Part shown: in pieces, positions 36,085 through 45,704 of the stretch | Layout: each line of letters begins with the position of its first letter | Position numbering within the stretch: position 1 is the first letter of the stretch | NCBI GenBank assembly: GCA_963793005.1 | Contig: CAWBYP010000006.1 | Span: forward strand, 26,785 to 90,784 | Length of the DNA: 64,000 bases | Source of the DNA: an uncultured Gammaproteobacteria bacterium | GTDB lineage: Bacteria > Pseudomonadota > Gammaproteobacteria > Steroidobacterales > Steroidobacteraceae | Reading direction: 5' to 3' | The notes under the pieces: model-generated | Told to the model about the DNA's origin: nothing | Database searches by the model: none | What the model saw: the letters and a program-made list of their open reading frames with translations, nothing else | Translations under genes and position numbers: made by a program

Positions 36085-36607
36085 CCTGGTCGGGCCGCTG
36101 ACGGCAGGTCGGGCGCTGTTCCTGGCATCGCTGGGCGTGACCATTGTCGCGCTGGAGCGGGGCTTCAACTGGTCACTGCAGCTGCCAGGCCACCATGGCC
36201 TCGAGGCCATGGCGCTGCTGGTGCTGGCGCGCCTCAGTTGCACCAATCCCTGGTCTGCGACGCTGGTGGGAGCCAGTGCCGCGGTGGCCGCGCCGTTCCT
36301 CGGGGCCAGCCACGGAGTGCTGATGCCACTGTTCTACGTGCTGCCGGGGCTGGTACTGGACCTCGGTTATCGGCTCTCGCCGCGTTTCGGCAGGGCGCTG
36401 TTGTTCCTTCCTGTGCTCGCGGCGCTGGCCTATGCAGCAAAGCCGGCGGTTCGCGTATTTGCGAACCAGGCGCTCGGAATGCAGTTCGGCTCGCTGCGCG
36501 CCGGGCCGGTCTACCCGATCATCACCCACCTGCTGTTCGGATTCCTCGGCGCACTGGCCGCGGTGCTGGTGTGGCGGGCCACAGAAAAACGACTGCCGCA
36601 CCAGTAG
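36026..36607 (+). CDS. polytopic membrane protein, unknown function
   Basis: 193 aa with 5-6 hydrophobic helices. It overlaps the preceding gene by 47-59 nt, depending on whether the start is 36026 or 36038. Confidence 0.55.
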   Translation: MGTNMAAGKSSARKLFGVIDLVGPLTAGRALFLASLGVTIVALERGFNWSLQLPGHHGLEAMALLVLARLSCTNPWSATLVGASAAVAAPFLGASHGVLMPLFYVLPGLVLDLGYRLSPRFGRALLFLPVLAALAYAAKPAVRVFANQALGMQFGSLRAGPVYPIITHLLFGFLGALAAVLVWRATEKRLPHQ

Positions 36608-36673
36608 TCGACTTTGGCTCGGCGCCGACGTGTTCCGACAGCCCGCGCCGGTGCGGCTCGCCGACCGCGTTCC

Positions 36674-38880
36674 CTAGAGCCTGAACTCCGCGCCCAGCAC
36701 GTAGGCGCGCCCTGGCTGCGGGAATCCGTAGGATTCGGCGTAGTCTTCGTCGAGCGCATTGAGGATTCGCGCGAACGCCCGCATGCGCCGCTGCATCAGC
36801 TCGATCGATGCATCCAGGTTGAGCACTCCGAAATCTCCAAGCTCCAGGGCCGTGGTCGGCGACGTGCGCGACAGCGTGTAGCTGTCGGCGAAATACCGGT
36901 AGTCACCGCCGAGCCGGATCGTCGGCGTCAACTCGTAATCGACTCGCAGCGAGAATTTCTGCTCGGGCCTGTTCTGAAGCGTCTTGATGTCGGCGTCGCT
37001 GGACCGGTTCTCGGACTCCATGTAGGTGTAGCTCATGTCCAGGTCCAGCCGCTCGGCGACCCGGTAGCTCGCGGACAATTCGACGCCCTTGAACCGGTAC
37101 TTCTGGAAGTTCTCCGTGATCCCGTTCGGGACGCGCTCGATGAAGTCATTGGCGTCGATCCGGAACAGCACGCCCTCGACCGAAAGCCCGGCCGAGGCGA
37201 AATCGTGCCTCAATGCGAGGTCGTAGCTGTAGGTCGTCTCGGCGGAGAGATCCGGATTGCCGCGGTCAACCGCATAGAGGTCGCGAAGTGTCGGGTAGCG
37301 CTGCTTGCGGGACGCATTGCCGCGAAGGGTCGTCGCCCCGCCGAGCCTGTAGTCGGCGCCAAGCAGGTACGAGATTCCGCCGTCGTCCTGCCCGGAGTCC
37401 CGAGTCTGCTCGCTGTAACCGAGGCCAGCGACCAAGCCCAGCGCTGGTGTTGCCTGGTACTCGCTCTCGACGTCCAGCGAGTAGAGGTTGACGGACTCAT
37501 CCTGGTCGACCGGCGTAACAACCGTGGTCGTGCCGCCACCACCGCCGCCGCCGCCTCCTCCACCGCCACCGCCACCACCGCCGCCGCCTCCTCCACCGCC
37601 AGCCGCGTGGTGGTCGTGACCGAGAATCCGCTGGAGTTCCAGCTCTCGTGCCGGCCGCTCAACGAGGCGGACAGCAGCAATTCATTGGCGAAGCGCCTGG
37701 AGGCCAGCACGCTGGCGCCAAGCACCTCGGTCGTGGCGTTCTCGCGGAACGAGCCGCTCGCGACCTGGCTGTCGTAGCCCGCGTCGTCGTAGCCGTTCGT
37801 GTCCTCCGCATCGCGATTGAAATACACGGTCGGCTTGACGGAGCCGGACTCGCCCGCGCCGAATTCCGCCGCCGCCTGCGCGGAAAACGAGTCGAGTTCG
37901 ACGCGCTCGTACCTCGCTCGATTGGCATATATCGAATCACTGTTGTCTATCACGGTCGGCGGCTTGCCGTACTCGGCATTGCGGTACGACAGGCTCAAGC
38001 CGATATCCGGGCCACCTTCGCTGAACATCATGTTGGCCTGTACCGCGTTCTGCCTGCGATCGCTGTTGACGCGTTCGTCTCCCGGCTGCAGGTCATTGTT
38101 CGGGAAATCGCCGGACAGTTCGAAGTAGTCACGATCGAAGGACGACCCCCACAGCGACAATCCCGCCCCGCCAAGCTGCCCGCTGACAGAACCGCGAACC
38201 TCGTAGGCCTTGGACCACTCGTACTCGCCGGCGACGTTCGCGCGCACCGCATCACCCGCCGACTTGGTGATGATCTCGATCACGCCGGCGTTGCCGCCCG
38301 GGCCATAAAGCACCGAACTACCCCCGCGCGTCACCTTGATCTCGGCGATGTTCTCGGCCGGGATCAGCGCAGGGTCGAACTGCCCGTCGAAGCCGGAGTT
38401 CAGCGGAACGCCGTCCTGCAGCAGGATGATGTTCCGGGTGCGCAGGCCGCGAACGTCGATCCTTGGAACACCGTCCGCGCCGTAGCGCACGTACATGCCC
38501 GGCAGCAGCGCAATGGCCTGGTCGAGCGTACGCACGCCGCGCCGGGCGATGTCCTCGGCGGTCACCGTGTCGACGGTTGCCACCTCGTCGGCGATCCGGG
38601 GACGCTCACCGACGACCGTGATCGTCTCGCCCAGCCAGTAGGCGCCGCTTGCCTCGGACGTGGACGCGCCACCCGCCGCGGGCGCTTCTTTTGATGAACC
38701 ACCCTCCACGGCGGCAGTGTCTTGACCGGGCGACGCCCCGGAGGCAGCCGACACCGGCGCCGGCTGGTCTTCCGTAGCGGCTGCCTGCTGCGCAGACACA
38801 TTGCCTGCACTTGCGAGGCCGGCCAGCGTCAACAGGGCCATCCAGCGCCACGACTGCGTGTTTCTGTCGGTAATGGTCAT
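36674..38880 (-). pseudogene. TonB-dependent receptor, reading frame broken at an internal poly-Gly tract
   Basis: The 37210-38979 ORF holds the signal peptide 'MTITDRNTQSWRWMALLTLAGLASA', the plug ('ETITVVGERP', 'RGGSSVLYGPGGNAGVIEI') and the first part of the barrel. The 36674-37435 ORF holds the barrel C-terminus in another frame ('GTTTVVTPVDQDESVNLYSLDVESEY...' continues upstream of its TTG). Confidence 0.85.
37532..37600 (-). repeat. 23 consecutive GGY/GGA glycine codons; imperfect tandem duplication of a unit of about 33 nt
   Basis: The minus strand reads ggc ggt gga gga ggc ggc ggc ggt ggt ggc ggt | ggc ggt gga gga ggc ggc ggc ggc ggt ggt ggc ggc. This is in the frame of the C-terminal receptor segment. 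Confidence 0.9.
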
Positions 38881-38902
38881 TTGAATCCCGTACGCATCAG
38901 TT

Positions 38903-38917
38903 TTTATTGAAAATAAA
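38903..38917. promoter_or_regulatory. perfect palindrome TTTATT-GAA-AATAAA in the AT-rich leader of the TonB-dependent receptor
   Basis: Read directly from the sequence. It lies 23-37 nt upstream of the receptor ATG (38880). Confidence 0.35.
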
Positions 38918-38982
38918 GCGTACCAAAGATTTCCTGCAGGTAAATAGTACTTTTGAATACCGCCAAGCCATGGCCGCAACGG

Positions 38983-41900
38983 CTAGCCGACCAGCACATC
39001 CTCGCGCAGGCGGGCCGTCGCCTCGGAAAGCAGGTACCGCGCCGCGGCATCGCCCTCGTGCGCCCGCAGGACCTGGCCCAGCAGCGCTATGGCCTCCGAG
39101 TACAGCCGGGCCTCGTAGTGCTGTTGCGGCACGCTCGAATGCGGCACGCGTATCGAGCTTGTGCGCGGCCAGGTCCGGCGCATCGAACTCGAATGCTTCG
39201 TGCAGCACCACGGCCTCGTTGCGGCCCTTGACGACAACCCGGCCCAGCGCACGACGCCTGGGCAGCGCGCTCTCCGCATCGGACAGGTTCTCGAGGAAGG
39301 CCTCGCTCACGATCACGGCGCTGCCGTAGGTCTTCGTCATGCCTTCGATGCGCGAGGCCACATTGACCGCGTCGGCAAAGATGTCGCCCTGGCGGCGCTG
39401 CAGTTCGCCGACGATGCCGAGTCGCAGGCGCCCGAGGTGCATGCCGATGCCGATGCGTATCGACGGCTGCCCCTTGCGTTCGCGCTCCAGGTTGAACTGC
39501 GCGAGGCTCGCCATCGTGTCGCGCGCCGCACGGAGCGCATCGTCGGCACCGCCCGCGAACACCGCCATCACGCTGTCGCCGGTGTATCGATCGATGAAGC
39601 CGCCGTTCCTGCGGATCGGCGGTCCTGCAATGGCAAGATAGCTGTTGATGAACGTGAAGTTCTCATCCGGGGTCATGTGCTCCGACAGTGTCGTGAAGTC
39701 GCGAATGTCGGATATGAGCACCGCCGCTTCCATCTCCACGTTGTCGCCGAGCTGTACGTCTATGATGCTGTCGCGCTTCAGGTAGCGCAGGAACTCGTGC
39801 GGGACGTAGTGCGAATAGGCTGAATTGATGCGCACCAGGTTGAGGTGGGTCTTGATGCGCGCGAGCAGTTCGCCCTTGGCAACCGGCTTGGTGATGTAGT
39901 CATTGGCGCCGACCTGCAGTCCCAGTTTCAGGTCCGCCATCTGGGTCCGGGCCGTGACCATAACGACCGGCAACTGCGTCGGCAGGTGCGTCCTGCGGAT
40001 CTCCCGGCAGACCTCGAAACCGGACAGCTTCGGCATCATGACATCGAGCAGCACCAGGTCGACTTTCTCGCCACCGGCCAGCAGCTCGAGCGCACGCATG
40101 CCGTTCTCGGCCTGCAGCACGTCATAGTGCTGCAGCGACAGGTGATTCAGCATCACCTGCTGGTTCACCGGCTCGTCGTCGACCACCAGGATGCGGATGC
40201 GGTCGTCGCTGCTCGCGGGGCCGCCATCATCGTCGATCTGCGGCACTACCGACGCCTGGACCGACAGCGCACGGCCAAGCCGCGGACCGTGCGCGGGCTC
40301 GGGTGCGACCTGCCTCCCGGGTTCCTGCTCCTCCTTCAGGACCGGGTGCGCTTCCTCCGCTTCGCTCGCCGTGGCGGCCGGCAGCACGAAGCTGAATGTC
40401 GACCCCTGCCCGACCCGTGACTCGAGATCGATGCTGCCGCCATGCAACTGCACGAGGTTGCGCGTCACGGCAAGACCGAGCCCGGTGCCGCCGTGAACGC
40501 GCGTGGCTGATTCCTCGACCTGCTCGAATGACTCGAAGATGCGTTCACGGTCCTCGTCGGCTATGCCGGGACCGGTGTCGATGACCTGCACCCTGACCCG
40601 TCCGCCCTCGTCGATGGCCCGCACGCGCACCGAGCCGGCGTCGGTGAACTTGACCGCGTTGCCGATCAGGTTGTGCAGGATCTGCTGCAGCCTGTCCTCG
40701 TCGGCCAGCACGCTGGGCACGCTGTCGTCGACCTCGTTGATGAGCTCGAGCGACTTGACCTCGGCCAGCGGTGCGCTCAGCCGCATGACTACGTCCGCTG
40801 CCACGCGGAGGTCTACTGCCTTCTTGCGCAGGACCAGCTCATGGGTCCTCATCTTGGAGAAATCCAGGATGTCGTTGACCAGCGACGCCAGGCGCTGCCC
40901 GCTGTTGACGATCATCGACAGGTTGCTGGCGGCCGCTTCGCTGATCCTGCCGGCTGCACCGTCCAGCATCGACTCGGCCAGCCCGATGATGCCCTGCAGC
41001 GGGGTACGCAACTCGTGCGAGGTGTTGGCCAGGAACTCGTCCTTGAGCCTGTCCATGCGCCGCAGGCTCTCGGCCACCTCGTGCTGTGCCCGCTCCTTGG
41101 CCTGCTTCATCTCGTTGTAGCGATCCGACAACGCAAAGGAGATCAACACTGTTTCCAGCACGGCTCCCATTTCCATGCCGTGCACGGCAACGAAACTGTT
41201 GTCCACGAATCCATGCTGGCGCGCCGCGGCAAACACGGTCCCGATGCAGTAACCCGCCCACGCGACCAGGTAATAACGCGCCGAGCGCTGGCCGCGCAGC
41301 AGGCACACGACGGCGGTGACCAGGCCGGCGGTCCCGGCGGCTGCCGACACCGCGCCGGTCAGGTGGATTGAAAACTGGAATCCGGTCAGCGCGGACAGCG
41401 GCACTGTCAGCACTGCCAGTGCCATCAGCACGAGGATCGTCTTGTGCAGGCCGGGCGCGTACTGCCTGGCCTGCAGGAAGCGGGTACAGAACGCGAGCCC
41501 GGCGACCAGCGTCACCGCAACGATGACCTGGAAGATCTCCTCCGACCATGGCCGGTAGTCGGGCCACAACCAGCGCGGCGCGTGGCCGCTGAGGCTGGCC
41601 AGGAACAGGCCCGTGGCGGTGATCGAAATGACATACAGCAGGTAGTTCGTGTCGCGCAGCGAAACGAACAGGAACAGGTTGTACAGGCACATGGCCACCA
41701 TGATCCCGAACATGGCGCCGTAGCCCAGGAAGCTGGCCATGCTCGCCTTGTAGAACTGCTGGGCGGTCAGCAGCCTCAGGTCGACCAGCATGCTGCTCTG
41801 GCTCTGGATGCGCAGGTAGTAGGTCGTCACGCGATCCGGTGCCGGCGCGACCCGCAACACGGGCGTGAGCGCATCCAACACATCCGGCGACAGTGAGTGG

Positions 41901-42325
41901 TGGTCGCCGAGCCGGGTCTCCCGCCACTGGCCGCCGGCAGTTTCCTGGTAGACCTGCACGTCGTCCAGCAACGGATCGGTGACCTGCAGCAACCACGCGT
42001 TGTCCTTGACGCTGCGATTGCGCACGTCGAAACGCAGCCACACCGCACCCTTGATGAACCCGAGCGCGATACCGCGCGGGCCGCTGCGGCGGAATGCGTC
42101 TTCGGGGAGTTGCTGGATCTCCGCAAGCGTAGCCTCGCCACTTTCGTCGACGAGGTATTCGAACGTCGGGCGATAACCAGGCCCCTGCTCGTCGCGCAGT
42201 TCGAGAGGCTCGGCGCTCGCCAACGTGGCGAACAGCAGGCCGAACGACAGCAGCGAACCCAGTCGCATTCGGCGAATCGATAGGGTAGCCTCGCCGGCAA
42301 TCAGTTTTCGGTCAGCGGGGGTCAT
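38983..42325 (-). CDS. 7TMR-DISM sensor histidine kinase - receiver - class III adenylate/guanylate cyclase; C-terminal about 50 codons shifted in this assembly
   Basis: The domain order is as follows. 7TMR-DISMED2-like N-terminus plus 7 TM. HisKA 'TSHELRTPL'. HATPase 'GGTGLGLAV'. Receiver 'LVLLDVMMPKLSG'. Cyclase 'VLISDIRDFT', 'DRYTGDSVMAVF' and 'GDIFADAVNVASRIE'. The natural tail 'QQHYEARLYSEAIALLGQVL...REDVLVG*' is in the 38983-39279 ORF frame. A signal-like start 'MRLGSLLSF' at 42268 is possible. Confidence 0.88.
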
Positions 42326-42330
42326 GAGGA

Positions 42331-42831
42331 ATGCTGCAGATAGACGCTTACAAGCTGCTCTTCACGGGCAAGAGCATCATTCTTGGAATGGTGAAGGATG
42401 TCCACGACGACGACTGGTTCAAGCCCTTGCCGGGCCTCGGACGGTCCTTCGACTGGGTGTTCGGCCACTATGCCGCAGTCGAGGACTGGTTCCTGCATCA
42501 TCTCAACGGCGACCCCTACGAGACCTCGAAAGAATGGCAGGACATGTACTGGGCCGATAACAGCGGGCCCGTGGACCCGACCAAGGGAGTCGGCCGGGCC
42601 GGCGTGACCGCAGCATTCGAGAAAACTCGCCAACGGCTGTTCACTGCCCTCAAGTTCGACCTATTTCACCTCAACCGCTTCATCAAGCCGGGCATCTTCC
42701 CGAGCGACGTCAAGACGCGCGGCGACGCCTGGCTGTTCATTTCCGCGCACGCGTACTGGCACGTCGGCGAACTCGAGTCGCTGCGCGGCATGAACGGCTA
42801 TCCCTACAACGGTGGCGGCATCCATCACTGA
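42331..42831 (+). CDS. DinB-superfamily protein
   Basis: 166 aa. The helical-bundle pattern with His residues ('FGHYAAVEDWFLHHL', 'HAYWHVGE') is typical of DinB/YfiT-like proteins. Confidence 0.7.
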   Translation: MLQIDAYKLLFTGKSIILGMVKDVHDDDWFKPLPGLGRSFDWVFGHYAAVEDWFLHHLNGDPYETSKEWQDMYWADNSGPVDPTKGVGRAGVTAAFEKTRQRLFTALKFDLFHLNRFIKPGIFPSDVKTRGDAWLFISAHAYWHVGELESLRGMNGYPYNGGGIHH

Positions 42832-44171
42832 TCGAGTGGTGGAAAGTAACGGTCCACGAGGCCCCGGGAATAGGCGACCGTGTTGCCCACGGTCTCGAAT
42901 CCCAGCAGCGAGCTGTCGTAGAAAGTCTGCTGGAATCCCTGCAACGACTCCAGCTGGTCATAAAAACCCGCGCTGAAGTCGGCCAGGCTCACGTGCGGGA
43001 AATAGCGCCAGCCGTGCTGGCTGTGTTTCTCGACCAGGCGCGCAGGCTTGCCCTTGTAGTCGGGCAGCTTCGCAACCTGGGCCCTGATCCGTTCCTCGAT
43101 CTCGCCCTTGTCGTAGCCTTCCGACGGCGACAGGTTGAAGAAGATCGTCATGTCGCTGTCGTCGTAGATCTTGATGTAGCCGGTATAGTCCAGCATCGGC
43201 GGCAGTGGAATGGTCCCGACCACACCGGCAGGGACCCCTTCCACGCGGCAGGCCGTCGTGACGAACTCCACGTAGCGAACCTTCTCAAGCAGACGGCTCT
43301 CCTGCGCGCTGAGGTCCAGGCCAAGCCCTGAAAGGGTCGTGACGTCCAGCGGGCAGGCCAGGATCAACTGGTCGAACTTCCGGGACGGCCGGTCGCCGGC
43401 GAACTCTATTTCAACCTCGATGACGTTGCCGTCCGCAGCCTGCTTGCGACGAATGGCGCGGATCCCGGCATCGAGCTGGACGTCGACCTCCCTGGCAACC
43501 GCGTCCCACAGCGACTGGAAGCCGTGCTTGAACACGCGCGGCCAGTACTGGACGATACCGGCCACGTGCAGCACGTTGGACAGCCAGTTGCGCAGCCCCT
43601 GGAACTTGACGAAGTAGGCAGCCGGGATCTCGTCGAGTCGGCCGAAGCCCTGCACCTTCATCACGAACAGGATTGTTTCCTGCAGGGCTTCGAGGCGCCG
43701 CTGCTTGAGCCAGCTCGCGAGCGGCTGCAGCAGCTCGGGCGGCGCATTTGCGAAACCCGACCCGGGCTGGGAGAACTTCCTGAACCGCGTGAGCAGCATC
43801 CACGTGTAGCGCAGCGACGCCCACACGACCTGGAGTTTCCCGTAGCCGCCGGATTGCGTGGCCGTCAGCATGTCCATGTAGCGTCGGCTGCCGCGGTCGT
43901 ACACCAGCACGTCCTGGTAGCCCGTGGTCGGCACCTTGAGCGCCGTGGCGATGTCCATCACGTCGCCGTAGCCGGCCAGCATTTCGTGCGCCGCCATGTC
44001 GAACTGCCGCCCCTCGTAGTCGAAGCTCAGGCACTTGCCGCCGACCCGTTCGATCTTCTCGAACACGTGCACATCACGGTAGCCGTTCTGCTTCAGGAAC
44101 CATGCGGCACTCATGCCGGCCGGGCCGGCGCCGATGATGGCGATTCGGGGCTGTTTTTGTTTTCCGGTCAC
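42825..44171 (-). CDS. FAD-dependent oxidoreductase (amine-oxidase / desaturase-like), copy A
   Basis: The dinucleotide fold is 'RIAIIGAGPAGMSAAWFLKQNGYRDVHVFEKIERVGGKC'. A GTG start at 44171 sits 2 nt after the upstream paralogue's TGA. Confidence 0.8.
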   Translation of the reverse strand: MTGKQKQPRIAIIGAGPAGMSAAWFLKQNGYRDVHVFEKIERVGGKCLSFDYEGRQFDMAAHEMLAGYGDVMDIATALKVPTTGYQDVLVYDRGSRRYMDMLTATQSGGYGKLQVVWASLRYTWMLLTRFRKFSQPGSGFANAPPELLQPLASWLKQRRLEALQETILFVMKVQGFGRLDEIPAAYFVKFQGLRNWLSNVLHVAGIVQYWPRVFKHGFQSLWDAVAREVDVQLDAGIRAIRRKQAADGNVIEVEIEFAGDRPSRKFDQLILACPLDVTTLSGLGLDLSAQESRLLEKVRYVEFVTTACRVEGVPAGVVGTIPLPPMLDYTGYIKIYDDSDMTIFFNLSPSEGYDKGEIEERIRAQVAKLPDYKGKPARLVEKHSQHGWRYFPHVSLADFSAGFYDQLESLQGFQQTFYDSSLLGFETVGNTVAYSRGLVDRYFPPLDQ

Positions 44172-44173
44172 GA

Positions 44174-45530
44174 TCAGGCCCTCGCTGCAAAATGGGTCTG
44201 CACCAGGTGGTGCGAATATTCCGCAATGCATTCGACCAGCTCGAAGGCCAGCAGGCCACCGCAATAGAACGTACGGTTCTCGCCCTGCATAGCCTCCAGC
44301 TCACTGTAGAAACCTGCGTCGACCGCAGCGCATGGCACGTGCGGGAAGTAGGCCCAGTCGTCGCTGTTCAATGGCGCCGCATCGGGATCCTGCGCCGCTA
44401 TTTCACCGAGGAACCTGCGGTTGTTGGCCTCGATTTTCTCCCTGCCGATCGTCTCTTCGCGATCGCCCCGTGAATAGATCGAGATGAAGTTGCTCTCCGG
44501 ATACTGGCGCGTCACGACGTGGGGCTCACCCAGCGCGGGTTCCGGCAGCGAGAAAGTGACCGCGGCCACGCGCTCGGTGCCCGGCGCCATGTAGGTCGTG
44601 ACGAAGAACGGGTTGACGTCGACCTGCTCGAACAGCTTCGTTTCCTTGTCACTCAGATCGAGGAACTCGAGCACCTCCGGCAGTTGCGGGCAGGCGAGTA
44701 CCAGGTAGTCGAAGGTCGCCGTCTCGCGGACAGTGATGTCCTGCTCGAGCTGCTGCTCCAGCAGCCGGTACTGGACGTGTATCTGCTCGCCCCGCGTGAT
44801 GCTCACAATCTCCACCCCGGTGAGCACGTCCACCTCGGCCGCCAGCCGCTCGAACATGCGGCCGTAGCCCTGCGTGAACCGCTTCGGCCAGCGGCGCAAC
44901 GGCATGTTGGCGGCGAACATCCCCAGGTTGAGGAACGTCTTTGGGACTCATGTAGGTCAGGGCGTACGCCGCGGCAATGTCATCGAGGTCGCCATAGCCC
45001 ATCAGCGTCAGCGGAATCTCGAACATCTCGCCGAGGCCATCCAGTCGATGTCGGCGCAGCCAGTCGGCAAAGCTTCCCTGCAGTTCCGGACAGTCGCGCA
45101 CGTGGCCGAAGCCCGGCCTGGCGGGCGACAGCAGGCCGCGCATGCGCCAGCGTATGAACAGGAAACGCAGCGACTGCCAGGCCAGCGTGAAAAACGAGGT
45201 GCGGCTCAACACCTCGGCCAGGATCGAGCGCATTTCGCCGGTCTTCACGTTGATCGTGTGCCCGGCCTTCTCGGTGTACATGCCGGCGCCGACATGCGCC
45301 GCAAGCTCACGCACCCGCGTGTATGCGGAGGTAATGTAGTTGGCGCCCAGGTCGAAGGATTGACCGTCCACGGTAAGCGACCGGCACTTGCCGCCGAGCC
45401 GCGGCGACCGCTCCAGCACCTGCACGTGCCTGAAACCAGCCAGTTTCAGGTACCAGGCGGTGCACAGCCCGGCGGCGCCCGCCCCAACGATCACGATGCG
45501 CGCATCGCGCGGAATGCCTGCTGTCTTCAT
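44174..45530 (-). pseudogene. FAD-dependent oxidoreductase, copy B (paralogue of copy A), frame broken at about 44944
   Basis: The N-terminal part (44649-45530 ORF) reads 'RIVIVGAGAAGLCTAWYLKLAGFRHVQVLERSPRLGGKC...AAAYALTYMS'. The C-terminal part (44174-44920 ORF) reads 'MFAANMPLRRWPKRF...'. Removing one C from the coding-strand CCC (plus-strand GGG 44943-44945) gives '...TYMSPKTFLNLGMFAAN...', which is colinear with copy A. Confidence 0.8.
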
Positions 45531-45704
45531 GCTGGGGGGTCCCCGCCCTTTTTCAATTTTTCCTTCCGCCTGACCACCCTCAGCTGGCCGGACGAGTTGC
45601 GGACACTAGCACACGCTGCCGCACATGGAGCCCGCCATGCCTGGGCAGCCGCGACGTCCCCGATTGGGCGTAGATGACCCTGAAGTCCGGCTGACCAGCG
45701 TCGG

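Noticed and set aside
37532-37600. Poly-Gly codon repeat as a slipped-strand phase-variation switch.
   Set aside because: The repeat units are multiples of three nucleotides, so copy-number change would alter loop length rather than frame. The frame break needs a separate 1-nt event or a mis-assembly.
38897-38982. The last 28 codons or so of the 1142-aa ORF ('...AMAWRYSKVLFTCRKSLVRFIFNKN'), which extend into AT-rich DNA.
   Set aside because: This is a product of the upstream frameshift. The natural stop is at 38983 in the neighbouring frame, and this stretch is intergenic leader of the TonB receptor.
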